Source: Diplonema japonicum (taxonomy: Eukaryota > Protista > Euglenozoa: Diplonemea). Taken from it: a stretch of 64,000 nucleotides of DNA. Below are positions 47,689 to 58,361 of this stretch, piece by piece (the first letter of the stretch is position 1; each line of letters starts with the position of its first letter). Made by a program: the position numbers and the translations under genes. The notes under the pieces are model-generated. The model was not told the origin of the DNA. It made no database searches and saw nothing but the letters and a program-made list of their open reading frames with translations. The DNA lies in NCBI GenBank assembly GCA_964019335.1, contig OZ025652.1:62001-126000 (forward strand). The letters are read 5' to 3'.

Positions 47689-49440
47689 TCACTGTGACCT
47701 CTGAAGACCAAGCTTGAGGAGGTAGTCCTCAGCCTGGTCGGTGGGTGTTGTGGGAGAGAGGGCGAAAGGGCCCAGTGGCGATGGCTTAAAGGGAATGTCA
47801 GGGTAGAAGTAGTGGAACCTTCCTGCGTAATCTGGTTCGGAGGTAGCTGCTGATGTGACTATGAATGAAGGTGGCGACAGGCGCACTTCGTATGTGAAGT
47901 CCTGCGGCCTGCATGTTGTCAGCAGCTGGAGCGACAGGCCCAGCCCCTCAAGCGCCTTAGTGGGCTTGACGTTGTCACAGTACGACAGGTCAACCTTCTC
48001 GAGCTTCACAGCAGACTCCTCTTCTATCGGAGAGTTGAAGATGACCTCTCGGTGTCGCGCCCTCCTCCGCCTCCCCCCATCATGTGTCATCCCTGGCAAC
48101 GACGGCAGCCCGCCCAGTGAAGAAAGACTATTGTCTACACCAGGCAACATCCTCTTCATCGGCATTTGCAGCTTACAGTGCGTCAACAGCTCCTTCACAC
48201 ACTCCTCACCAACACCCAGACATCCCTTTAGGGACAGATGTCTCAACCCTTTGCACCTCAGCAACACATGCGACACATCTATGTCCCTCACACCACTGCA
48301 GTACTCTAGTTGCAATATCTCAAGTTTCTCCAAAGGAAGCCCAGGCACAGCAACCACGCGTTTCGTAAGCAACACAGTAGTGCTCTTGTCCTTCAGGTAG
48401 TGCCGCATCGTGTGGCTCACCTTCATCAGAAGGCACGTCTCCTCCACAGTCAAGTATTCTAGGAATGTACCGAGCTCCTTCCTCGTGAGCACTTGACCTG
48501 CCCTCCTCTTCTCCCTGTACTGGCTTTGGATGTCAGCCATCAACACCTTACCCGCCTCGGAGACTTGGTCTTCTTCAGGAATCTGTTCAAATGCGGTGCG
48601 TGCTTCGTGTGCCAGCTCCAGACGCTGCAAGGCCTGCGCCTTGCGGAAGAGCAGCTTGGCGTGCGTGCCGTCAATCGCAAGCCCCTTTTGAGCCTCTTTG
48701 AGCATCGATGTGTAGTTGCACATTTTGAAGAGCATCAAACATGAGTTCGACACCAAGTCGATGCTGCTGCCAACGCGCAGACCTCTTTTGTAGAACTCGA
48801 GTGCTCCGCTTGGGTTGCTTTTCTTAAAGTACGTGTTCCCTACTGTCTTGTACTGCATAGACACAGCCTCCCTCCGTGGCTTAGGGACAAGCGTGCTGAG
48901 GACGGCGTCCTCGTCGCGTGCCTTGTGGTAGACGTGCATGAGCTGGAGGCGGCCTCTGAGCCCGTCACGCGCGATGGTGTAGGTGCCTTGAATGCCGAGG
49001 CAGAGAACCTCCCCATGCCATTGGACAAGGGTGGTCTCGAAGGAGGTGCCGACATGAGAAGAGAACAGGTCGTGGAGGCAGAGGCCGTGAAGGGTGCGCA
49101 CAGTGAAGACCTGTATGCGACTGTCCACGAGACGCACCAAGACAGTGCCGGTGGGTGTGTACTCAGCTATGTGAAAGGTGCCTCGCACACCGTAGGCGAG
49201 GAGGCAGCCTTCCAGCAAATCTTCCTCCGGGAGCGTGTCGTAGACCCTTGCGTCGGCAGCCCACTTCTTTACGGCAGTGTCTCGCTGTTCTTGCTGAGTC
49301 TCGTAGAACTTCTTCATCTCCTCTTTCACCCACTCCCCGCGTGTGTCATCACCCCGACGGGCATAGTGACACAGCACCTTCGTGCTCACTGCGTGGTACC
49401 TTGCTGTCTCCTCCGCCGCAAGGCAGCAGCTGCAAGTCAT
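47689..49440 (-). CDS. TPR + F-box-like + leucine-rich-repeat protein
   Basis: TPRs YKTVGNTYFKKSNPSGALEFYKRGL...KLLFRKAQAL. F-box-like LTRKELGTFLEYLTVEETCLLMKVSHTMR. Cys-type LRRs LEILQLEYCSGV, LRHLSLKGCLGV and LEKVDLSYCDNV. Confidence 0.75.
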   Translation of the reverse strand: MTCSCCLAAEETARYHAVSTKVLCHYARRGDDTRGEWVKEEMKKFYETQQEQRDTAVKKWAADARVYDTLPEEDLLEGCLLAYGVRGTFHIAEYTPTGTVLVRLVDSRIQVFTVRTLHGLCLHDLFSSHVGTSFETTLVQWHGEVLCLGIQGTYTIARDGLRGRLQLMHVYHKARDEDAVLSTLVPKPRREAVSMQYKTVGNTYFKKSNPSGALEFYKRGLRVGSSIDLVSNSCLMLFKMCNYTSMLKEAQKGLAIDGTHAKLLFRKAQALQRLELAHEARTAFEQIPEEDQVSEAGKVLMADIQSQYREKRRAGQVLTRKELGTFLEYLTVEETCLLMKVSHTMRHYLKDKSTTVLLTKRVVAVPGLPLEKLEILQLEYCSGVRDIDVSHVLLRCKGLRHLSLKGCLGVGEECVKELLTHCKLQMPMKRMLPGVDNSLSSLGGLPSLPGMTHDGGRRRRARHREVIFNSPIEEESAVKLEKVDLSYCDNVKPTKALEGLGLSLQLLTTCRPQDFTYEVRLSPPSFIVTSAATSEPDYAGRFHYFYPDIPFKPSPLGPFALSPTTPTDQAEDYLLKLGLQRSQ

Positions 49441-49938
49441 CCTTCTGTTAGCAAGCAGTTGTGGGGAATTAACGATGGTAATAAATAAGGAGGAGTGTAG
49501 CATGGGCACAAAGTGTAAGTGAGAACATGAGAGGAAAAACCAGAGTTAAGAAATGGGATCTAAAATAAATAAAAGAGCGACTGGCCGTTGCGTGTACGTG
49601 CCGGGTAAACCTGGAGAAGCTTGTCAACCAGAAACACGTTGTCAACGTTCCCCTTTTGTTAGACAAGTCAAAGACTCGTTCTTGCAATAAAAAAAAAAGA
49701 ATACCAGCATCTGTTTTTTCAGTAATTGCTGAGCACGTGTAAATTTGGCCTCAGAAAAGAGGGCCATGATAGGAAACGAAGTGGTTAGCAACGGTCCACA
49801 TAAAAAAAAAATTAAAAAAAAAAGAGAGAAAGTCGGGTTGATTGTTTGTGCACAGCCGGGATTAACCTGTGGAAGGATAAGCCCAACAATGCCACCACTA
49901 CTACTCTTTTAGCAAATAACAATTCATTATCAATATAT

Positions 49939-50643
49939 GAGCTCGTCCGGAAAAAAAATGTCAACAAATGACCCTCTTTTGCAACGGAAAATCCTCAGAG
50001 AACTTCTACACCCAAAATGACCCCTTAAACGTTTCACAGATTTCCCATCTGCGTCCATTTCTTCTCGCTTTTCATTGAAGAAAACAGAAATAAATATGGA
50101 ACCTGGGTCATTTACATTTTCCGGATGCCAAAAACTAAAAAACCCATTCTAAAAAGCATGTTTTTACACGCGCGTTTTAGAAATGAAACAAACGGCGCGC
50201 ATTGTGACCTATATGGTGAACACACCGATGTTGAGCAGGCAAGTGTTAAGAATTGGGTCAGGAAAATGGGCCTTTTAGGCCAATTCCCTTAGGAACCCCT
50301 CGAAAAAGCAAAAAATAGGGCTAAAAAAAACCGGTTTTCTGGGGGCTATGCAACGCCATATATTTTTCGCTAAGTACTTTTAACAGTAACCCGACCCTGG
50401 GTTGTACTCAGGTCACAAAAGTGTGTGTGCTGCATTTTAAACTTTTAAACTGCATTTTAAACATTTTTTTGTCGTTTTTCTGACCTCTGTTTTTCGCTTC
50501 CCGGGGGGCAGCCGGTTGCAAAGCCTGCCACCCTCATGGCAAAACAAGCATCGCAATTGAAAGAACGGCGTCACGTACACCATATATGTTAATTTTCGGA
50601 GGTGCCCAAAAAAAAGTGTTGACATTTCTTTTTGGACGAGCTC
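49939..50643. mobile_element. Non-autonomous TIR DNA transposon (MITE), Sola-like termini
   Basis: Left end GAGCTCGTCCGGAAAAAAAATGTCAACA (49939-49966). Right end TGTTGACATTTCTTTTTGGACGAGCTC (50617-50643). Both ends are flanked by ATAT. No transposase ORF inside. Confidence 0.75.
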
Positions 50644-51618
50644 ATATATTGTTTTTCTTGCAAGGCAAAAAAAGAAAAGAAAAAACTCAATCAATATTTC
50701 TTTACCTGAGTATTGTGTTGTTTGCAAAGCTGCTCACGTGAGTCTTTTGATCTGCCCATGTACCCGATGTGCTGACCTTGAAAAAAAAAGAATATAGTAC
50801 CTCCTTTTTTCCTTCTTTTTTTCTTTTTCACTTTAAAAGGGGAAGGCCTGTTCATTGAGTGAACAATCTGAGCTAACCTACTTCATGTTGCAATTTTATT
50901 ATTGTGCGTGATTAATGCTGCATTTCTTTTTTTCTTTTCTTTCTTTCTTTCTTTCTTTTATTTCATTAATCTCCCTATTCTTTTTTTTTTTTGCAACCCC
51001 GCAAACCACAATTCACTTTAACAATTGTAAGCGAAATATGATTAAAAAAAAAAAAGAACTCATTGCCTTTGTGCCTGCAAATCGACATTCAGTGTTCTCA
51101 GCAGGGGGAAGCGATGTGAGGGTGGTGTTTGTTTTTCTCTTCTTTTTTCATAGTGTGTAGCTGTAAAGCCACGCTTTTCTTTTTTATATGCCCCTTCCTT
51201 TTTTTTTTCTTCCTCTTTCTTTGGGAAAAATGAAGGGAAAACAAGAATAAAAAATAAAACTAAAATAATTCTTTATGACTATATGTTTTTGTTTGTTTTT
51301 TTTTGTTGTTCGCACGAGCAAAAAAAACTTTTTTAAAAAGCTGCGAAAGTTTTTTTGCTCGGCACAAGTTGCGTATGGTTATAAATTCATTTTCTGAAAG
51401 ATAAATATTTGTAACAAAAGAAAAAGGTCGTTAAATGAGCTTTAGCATTAAAAAAAAAAAAAAACTTGTACTTCTCTTCTTTTTTTCGAGTTAAATTATG
51501 ACTATTCACTATGCTCGTAAAATTGAGAAAATGTCATAAAAAAAAAAAAAAACGCCGATAAAAAGACTGCCGTAAAAAAAGAGAAGAGAAAAAAAAAACA
51601 AAGAAAAAGGGTGCCTTT

Positions 51619-52497
51619 GCTGCTATAAAGCCCTGCACTTATTGCAACGAAAAAAAAAAAAAAAAAAAAAAAAGAGCGTAAGGAGGCAATATAAAAATAA
51701 AAAAGGATTTGCTTTTTTTTTTTTCTTCTTCTTTTTCTTTTGATGGTGCTGTTTCTTTCCTTTTTTTTTTTCTTTTTCCGTCCGGGTAAAAAAATGAAAT
51801 GCCGTGTAAGGAAAGAAGAAACCCGGGGGGAGAAATCTTATGCTTTAAAAAAAAAAATCTTTTTTTCCCCCGTTAGACCTGCGGTATTTCTGTTTTCCTA
51901 CTACACATTCATGAAACCGTTTTTATCACGCAACTGATCGTCCCCCTCGGTGCTTGTCCACCAAAAGGCGATTCAGTTTCTCAGGTGTAATTGATGTCCT
52001 GAGCCTTGTAACAACAAAGTTCAAATTGCATTTTTTTCCCGGACAAGCTCATATATAAAACCTCCTTATATCTCTAAAGTACAGGCTTGTTCAGCAAAAT
52101 TGCCGTGTCGATCCCCACTTTCAGAAAACCAGTTAGAGATTGAGCATTCCTTAAAAAGAGATTACTGTGTACCGCCCCCCCCCCCCCCCCCCCCCCCAGA
52201 CCTACTTTATTCTTTGTTTCTGCGCAATAATAATAAAGAGATTGCTGTTTTCTTTTTTTTAAAAAAAAAAACAAAAAAGGGAAAAAAAAACCAACACCTT
52301 GTCCTTCTGCAGCTGTAAAGCCGATTTCCTTTTTTTTCTTTCTTTTTTTTCTCCCATTCTTCCCCCCCCCCCCCCCCCGCACTCTTTCCCATCCTTTGGG
52401 GGGAGGGAAATGGGTTAACAAAAAAAAAGAAAAAAGAAAAACGAGCAAAAAAAAAAAGAAACAAAAGAAGGAAAAAAAAGAAAAAAAGAAACGAGTT

Positions 52498-52531
<34 letters not shown>

Positions 52532-53145
52532 TCGGGTAAGCCGAAAAAGCAAATTTTTGTTTTGCTTTTTGACACCCCTTTGCAAGTAACAGAACGGAAA
52601 AAAAAAACTTTTTTTTCAGTATTCGGTCTGCTGACCTTCTCGTCCTTTGCCCAAAAAACCTGAATTTTATAGGTTGGCTGCACCCAAAGGTACCAAGCAC
52701 TTACGAAAGATCATATGCGCAAAAAGTTCTATTAGAGCTTGCTGATTACTAACTTCAACAGCCTTAAAACAAAACTTTTATAATATTTCTTTTTTGAAAA
52801 AAAATAGAAAAAATTAAAAAAAAAAAATACGTTCCCCTTTTGTTTAGACAAATCGTTCGCAAAAAAAAAGGGGGGGGGGCTTTGTTTGCTACCAGGACTC
52901 CATCTATGCTGAGTCTATTCACATTACGGTAGGAGAGGTTGTGGTTTAGAAGGCAAATTGAATGGAGAATAAAAAGATATTTTGGTGGTTTTTCGATGCC
53001 ATTGCTTATCGCGCTCCTATCGGTCTTTAGGAGAAAAAAAGAAGGAAAAAATAGTCGGCCAGTAAGTGTACAAGCCAGTGAACCCCTCCAAAGGCCAACC
53101 TACAAATTTGCATTTGCTGCAAAGAAAATAGTTGTTAAATCAAGG

Positions 53146-53181
<36 letters not shown>

Positions 53182-53260
53182 CAGTAAAGATTGCTGCGAA
53201 AAAAAAAGGGGGTAAATAAAAGGGGGTGCTGTGGCTGCTATTAAGCCCTGCACTTATTGC
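51619..53260 (+). repeat. Dispersed direct repeat, 27-nt core at 51619-51645 and 53234-53260
   Basis: GCTGCTATAAAGCCCTGCACTTATTGC vs GCTGCTATTAAGCCCTGCACTTATTGC (1 mismatch), with weaker similarity upstream. Confidence 0.8.
52026..52050. mobile_element. Additional diverged right-hand TIR of the same element family
   Basis: TTGCATTTTTTTCCCGGACAAGCTC followed by ATAT. Its reverse complement resembles the 49939 TIR. Confidence 0.6.
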
Positions 53261-53820
53261 GTGAGGAGAAAAAAAACAAACAAAAAAAAAAAAGAGAAAA
53301 AAAAAAAACTTCCAGCACAATGACCCAGAATACACCAGAGGCGGACGCACGTCGCGCTTGGTTGTTCTGGTCAACAAAAAGAGAAAAAAGAAAAGAGAAA
53401 AAAGAACCCCAACAGGTAATAGGGAAAAAAAAAAAAAGTCGAAAAACACAACTTTTTGCTACCAAAAAATTGTACTTATTTCCCACCGTTTTTTTTTTTT
53501 TTTTTTTTTTTTCTTCTTCTCTTTTTAATTTCGGGTTGTACACTCACGTAGCCATGACATCTGCCTGGAGGAATATTTCTTTTTACCCCCCCCCCATGCA
53601 TGTTCCATTCTTTTTAATTTTGAGAGAATTAAAAAAAAAAGAGTCGGCTGATTGTTTGTGCAAGCCGTTTACGGAGGGGAAAAAAAAACAGTGCAAACCC
53701 CCCTCCTGGAGGGCCGCCCTTGGAAATAAAATAAAAAATAAGAGAGACACCGGACTGTGCAACCAATCTGGGACTGCGGAAGGAAATTAAAAGGAAAAAA
53801 AAAAAAAAAAACCGCTCGCA

Positions 53821-56808
53821 TTAACTTTCGGTTCTTTTACAGTGAACCAATGAACTGCTCGACTCGCAAGGGCTGTCTCGGGACGAATTTATGTTGAGAG
53901 TGTCAAGAATGGACTCCAGAGAAGAGGTGGAGAACAACGACTCCTCTGTTGGTTCCAAACGTGCTGCTGAAAGCATATCCACAGGAGCACCACATGAGCT
54001 TGTGAATGCTGTCACATCTGACGGGGTGCCCTTGTACGAGCCATGCTTCACACAGTAAGCTATGAACTTATTCCAGGAATGGTCTTGTGCCAAGAGTACT
54101 GGGTTGCCCACCACGATCATGAGTGCCTTTGCCCTTGTTACTGCTACGTTGAAGCGTTGTGTGTTGTTGTGAACCCCCAAACCGTGCTGTGTATCATGCC
54201 CTAGCCACTCTGGACTGCTGCGCACTGTTGTCAGGACGATGACCCTCTCCTCCTGCCCTTGGTAGTCCTCTACGGTTCCAACACGTACCTTCCCGAGTCC
54301 CACACTTCGCAGAACCTGCCTCAAGTGGAACACCTGCATCCTGTAGGGTGAGATGACGCCTACCTCACTCTGCACCACGTTCGTGTCTGCCGTTATGCTT
54401 CTCACCAGCTTCTCGACTCTGGCCACCTCGTCAAGATTGTAGAATGACGTGGAATCGGGGGCGCTCTCGTCCTTCCCCTCTACGCCGTAGAACAGCAGCG
54501 GGAACTTCTTGTTGGGAAGCCCCGGCCACCCCAGCAGGGAGTGCGTGGTGTTCATGTCCCCGCTGGACTTCAGCAGACCGTTGTAGAAGATGTCCGAGCT
54601 AACTTGCATGATAGCAGGATGCGACCTGTACTGCCTGACAAGCACCTGGTAGCAGTGATCGAAGCGCCCTTTGTCGTTGCAGTAGCTTGTGTGCAATCTT
54701 TCCAGCAGTGACTTCTGCATGCCGTACTTTCTGCACTCTTCTGCCTGTACCGTGGGCCCGAGCTGCATGTAGTCCCTGCATAAAGGTAAACGTTAAAATT
54801 ACATTGCTGCATACCCTGTGAGCACTACTGTGGTCTTGCTGTCTGCAAAGATCAAAGCAATGGCGGTCTCGGGCTCCGTGCTCTGTCCTGCCTCGTCTAC
54901 AAGGATGTGTGAGAAATGCCCTGAAGGCACGCCGTATTCGTAAAGGGTCCCTGCGGACGTGCATGTGCACACTACAACAGAAGCAGATAACATCTCCTCG
55001 TGCGAGCAAATGCCGTACAGGCCGTTGTCGGGCAGGGTGTAGGGCACCACCTCGCTGATGGGCACATGGTGAATGTTCTTCTTGAACGAGTTAAACCTGA
55101 TCATAATGGGTGCATTTGTGCCCACCTTACTCCATCCTTTGCTATGTTCTTCATTGCAGTCAAGGTGCTTGCTGCAGAAGTGGTACCCCGGCACATGTTC
55201 CCCATCGCAGGGGTAGGCGGCGTACCTGCAGGTGTTCCTCAACGGCTTGCAGAAGTCAGCTAGACGCTTGCACAGCACATCAGCAGCGCTGTCGCTTGGT
55301 GCAGTAAGCAAAATCTTGCAATTGGGATAACTGGTAAGCACCTGCTTAGCCATCTCTACCAGCGTGGACGTCTTCCCCGTCCCAGGTGGCCCGAAGATAA
55401 CGTAAGGCAATGCGTTCCTCTTGGACTGCTTCAATATCATTTCTTTTGAGATGTTGAGCACGTCGGCGATAGCTTTCATCTGCTCGGGGTTCAGCCTTGT
55501 CTCGTGGAGCTGCAGAGAGACCGATGAAACTAATGAAGACCTCGGAGGACAGCAGACAATCTCTTCAGGGAAGAGAACTACACCATTGTTTGAAAGAGAT
55601 GCGGCTGCCAGGAGCTTGGTGGCGGCATACATGCGACGGAGCCTTGTGCGCCTCACTTGGAATCTGATATGAAAGTGCGAAGCTGCTTCTGTGTTGTGCA
55701 TGGAGACGAACTCGGTGCTCACCGTTACGATGATGTGCGGTGCGGCAGCATGCTTCGGGAAGGGGTGGGTCGAGTAGACGAACGCAGTCCACTCCAGATT
55801 GATGTTCCCTGCCTCCCTCAGAAGCAGCATGTCGCCGTACAGCAAGGAGGGGCAATGTTCCAGCAGCCCCGCAACTTCAAGTTTTACAAATGCCCCAGGG
55901 TAAGGCTGCTGTGGCAGGTTCACACACACAACAGGCGTGTCGTAGATATCGTGTTTCCTCAGTTCCTGATGCATGCAAGCCTCCTCGATGCAGAGCAAGG
56001 TATTAAACCGCCTGCTGTAATTGTTGCTGGTTAACGGCTCGGACAGCACCGGGAAGCGTAGCTCTAAATTTGTTCCAGAAGCATTCCCCATTGTTGGAGA
56101 GTCGCACTCTAAACCCTGCAGCCATTTCTCCTTGAAATACGACTTAGGCAGCACAGGTGCAGGCGCCGTGATGGTTCTGTCTGGCTGTCTGTCGAAAACA
56201 TTCTTGTAGAAGGCGGGGAAAAACGTTGGTGTCTTCGTGGCTGGCGTGTCCTCCATGTCGATGACTTTGGTGACATTGAAAGTGCCTTTTGGGCCTTTCA
56301 TCTTCAAGCATATCCAGAACTTGTTCATCGGGCTTCTTGTGGGAATAAGATGCATCTCGTAGCTCTTCATGGATGGCACCGCAACACTCAAACCGACGTT
56401 CTGCTTCTTGGAATTAAAAACACCGAATTTGTCTTTGATGGTGAAGCTGCTTCTGTTGGCCATGTCAATACCAAGGATCTCCACTGTCGAAGGGCTCGTG
56501 TTCAGCACTTTGACAACATTGTTTACTGCAGTGACGGTCACACCGTGAGATATCTGCGGGCACAATACTGGTCTGTGCGAGACTGCAGCGCATGGTTGGG
56601 AGATGATTACCTGTCTCTGCGGCTGCACAACTTGTCTCTGCGGCTGTACAAGTTGTCTCTGCGGCTGGACAGGCTGGTATGGAACTGCCTGTCTCAAGAC
56701 AACGTAGTGTGAAGCACCAGGTAAAGAAGCACCCGACACACAGACAACTTTGCCGGACACTTCAGAGCCACTAACCCATCTCGGATCGCTGGGAACTACA
56801 ACATGCAT
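53821..56808 (-). CDS. Upf1-like SF1 RNA helicase, MOV10/SDE3/Armitage type
   Basis: LNPEQMKAI, PYVIFGPPGTGKTSTLVE, APSDSAAD, HILVDEAGQSTEPE, GDYMQLGP, SLLERL, QYRSHPAI, VGTVEDYQGQE, RFNVAVTRAK. Upstream NYSRRFNTLLCIEE and LEVAGLLEHCPSLLYGD are typical of the MOV10/SDE3 branch. One 39-nt intron near 54776-54814. Confidence 0.88.
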
Positions 56809-56890
56809 TTCTACTGCACCTGGAATAGATGTTGCAGGTTGTGACTGAATGAAACAAATAAAAAGAACACATGATACTTCTCATACCACG

Positions 56891-58135
56891 TCACTCGCTG
56901 GTGCTGCTTGTGCAGGACGTATAGCTAGAGTCCGTCGATGAGGACTCCGACGACGACGTGCTGACGGTCGACTCGGAGTCGGAGGACGAAGGGCTGTATG
57001 TCCACTGCTTCTCATCCCACACTTTACCAGTGTTGGTGTTTGCTGTTTCAAACTTTCGCATTGCCTTTTTCAGTGCTTTCCCGCGGTGCCTAGACCTCTT
57101 GCGAGACCTTCGTACCTCGTTTGCCTTTAGGGCAGCTTCCATGTCGTGCCCATCAGTTTCGTTTAGTATCTTCGCACGCTGAGCGTAAGGGAGCGCCTTT
57201 CGCTCCATCGTTCGCATCCAACGCATCGACATGCACGGCCTCTCCACACGCGAGGCACGCCAGACAGCGTCGAAGTTACTCCTGCCGCAGTAGTTCTGCG
57301 TCACGGCCACTGTGTCGGTGATGTTCATCACGACGTGCCACCAATTGCCCGGTACGAAGATAGTCTCGCCCTCTTCCTGAATGACCTCCACGACCTCGAT
57401 GCCCTGAGACCGCATCCTTGGGATGAGATCCACGAAGAAGTTGATAGCCTCATCGTCGTCGCCCGCCTTCATCACTGTCCGGCCCTTCGCCACCTTACGG
57501 GGGATATGAGGGGGCAAGAAAGCCCATTTTTTCCTGCCCACCAACAAGGTGTTCCATGCCGAGGTGCTCAATGGATCGATGTGCATGCATGTACCAGACC
57601 GCTTGGGGCCAGCAAGGAACCATCTGTAGGGCGGCCTGTTGTCAATGTGCTGCATGAGATCATCAGGGAAGTACTTAGGGACGGAGAAACTGCTGAGAAG
57701 GTCGCTTTTTGAGCTCTTGTCGCCAAGGGAGTAGTCGAAGACGTACAGTGGCGAGTCGTCCTCTTGGTTACGTACGTACGTCATGTAATCGTCCATAGTG
57801 AGCCTGAGGGTGCGCCCGTAGTCATCCTTACCTACCTTCCATTTCACGGTACCCCATGACTTTGCTATCCCCTCGAATGTCCAGTCTCGTGGCTTCCAGT
57901 CATTCACAACTCCCTTTATTATAGCTACCTGACCCATTCTTTCCATCTCTGCGAACTCTTCTATAGTCGCGGTACTCTCGAATCTCATCACAGACCCCCA
58001 CTGCCTGGCGCACGCCTCTTCGAACTCCTTCGCACGCTTGGTGGCAAACCCAAACTTCGCCCAGTCGCGCAGTTTGATGTCCGACCTCTCCTTCTTCTTC
58101 ACATTGTTCACAATTGCCTGCAGTTCCCCGTCCAT
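56891..58135 (-). CDS. JMJD6: JmjC oxygenase JMJD6 (PSR)-like with poly-Ser tail
   Basis: DDSPLYVFD, VPKYFPDDL, RPPYRWFLAGPKRSGTCMHIDPLSTSAWNTL, GETIFVPGNWWHVVMN, AVTQNY and a C-terminal Ser-rich tract. Confidence 0.92.
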   Translation of the reverse strand: MDGELQAIVNNVKKKERSDIKLRDWAKFGFATKRAKEFEEACARQWGSVMRFESTATIEEFAEMERMGQVAIIKGVVNDWKPRDWTFEGIAKSWGTVKWKVGKDDYGRTLRLTMDDYMTYVRNQEDDSPLYVFDYSLGDKSSKSDLLSSFSVPKYFPDDLMQHIDNRPPYRWFLAGPKRSGTCMHIDPLSTSAWNTLLVGRKKWAFLPPHIPRKVAKGRTVMKAGDDDEAINFFVDLIPRMRSQGIEVVEVIQEEGETIFVPGNWWHVVMNITDTVAVTQNYCGRSNFDAVWRASRVERPCMSMRWMRTMERKALPYAQRAKILNETDGHDMEAALKANEVRRSRKRSRHRGKALKKAMRKFETANTNTGKVWDEKQWTYSPSSSDSESTVSTSSSESSSTDSSYTSCTSSTSE

Positions 58136-58361
58136 GATGGAGCACTGCGATGCTTATACTACAACCTGTCGGTAAAAAAGAACAAAACAAAAAACAAGAA
58201 AGAGGTTCATCCAGCGACATCACAACACGTTGCGATCTGCTATACAAAAGTCGGAGGATACATGGGAACGGGAGAGATGGAGAAGAGAGAGGGATGTATA
58301 GGAGGATAAGGGGGATATCTATTACATTCTTATTTTTCTAAAATGACGCAAGTTGCGTACT

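Larger units (their letters stand above)
49500..53820. repeat. Homopolymer-rich non-coding island with transposon remnants
   Basis: Long A/T/C/G runs, TIR copies, short inverted and dispersed repeats. No credible ORF. Confidence 0.85.

Noticed and set aside
41165-53790. Poly-Lys/poly-Phe ORFs in the islands (e.g. 43739-44386, 52074-52700, 53257-53790)
   Set aside because: Translations of homopolymer runs, not credible proteins.
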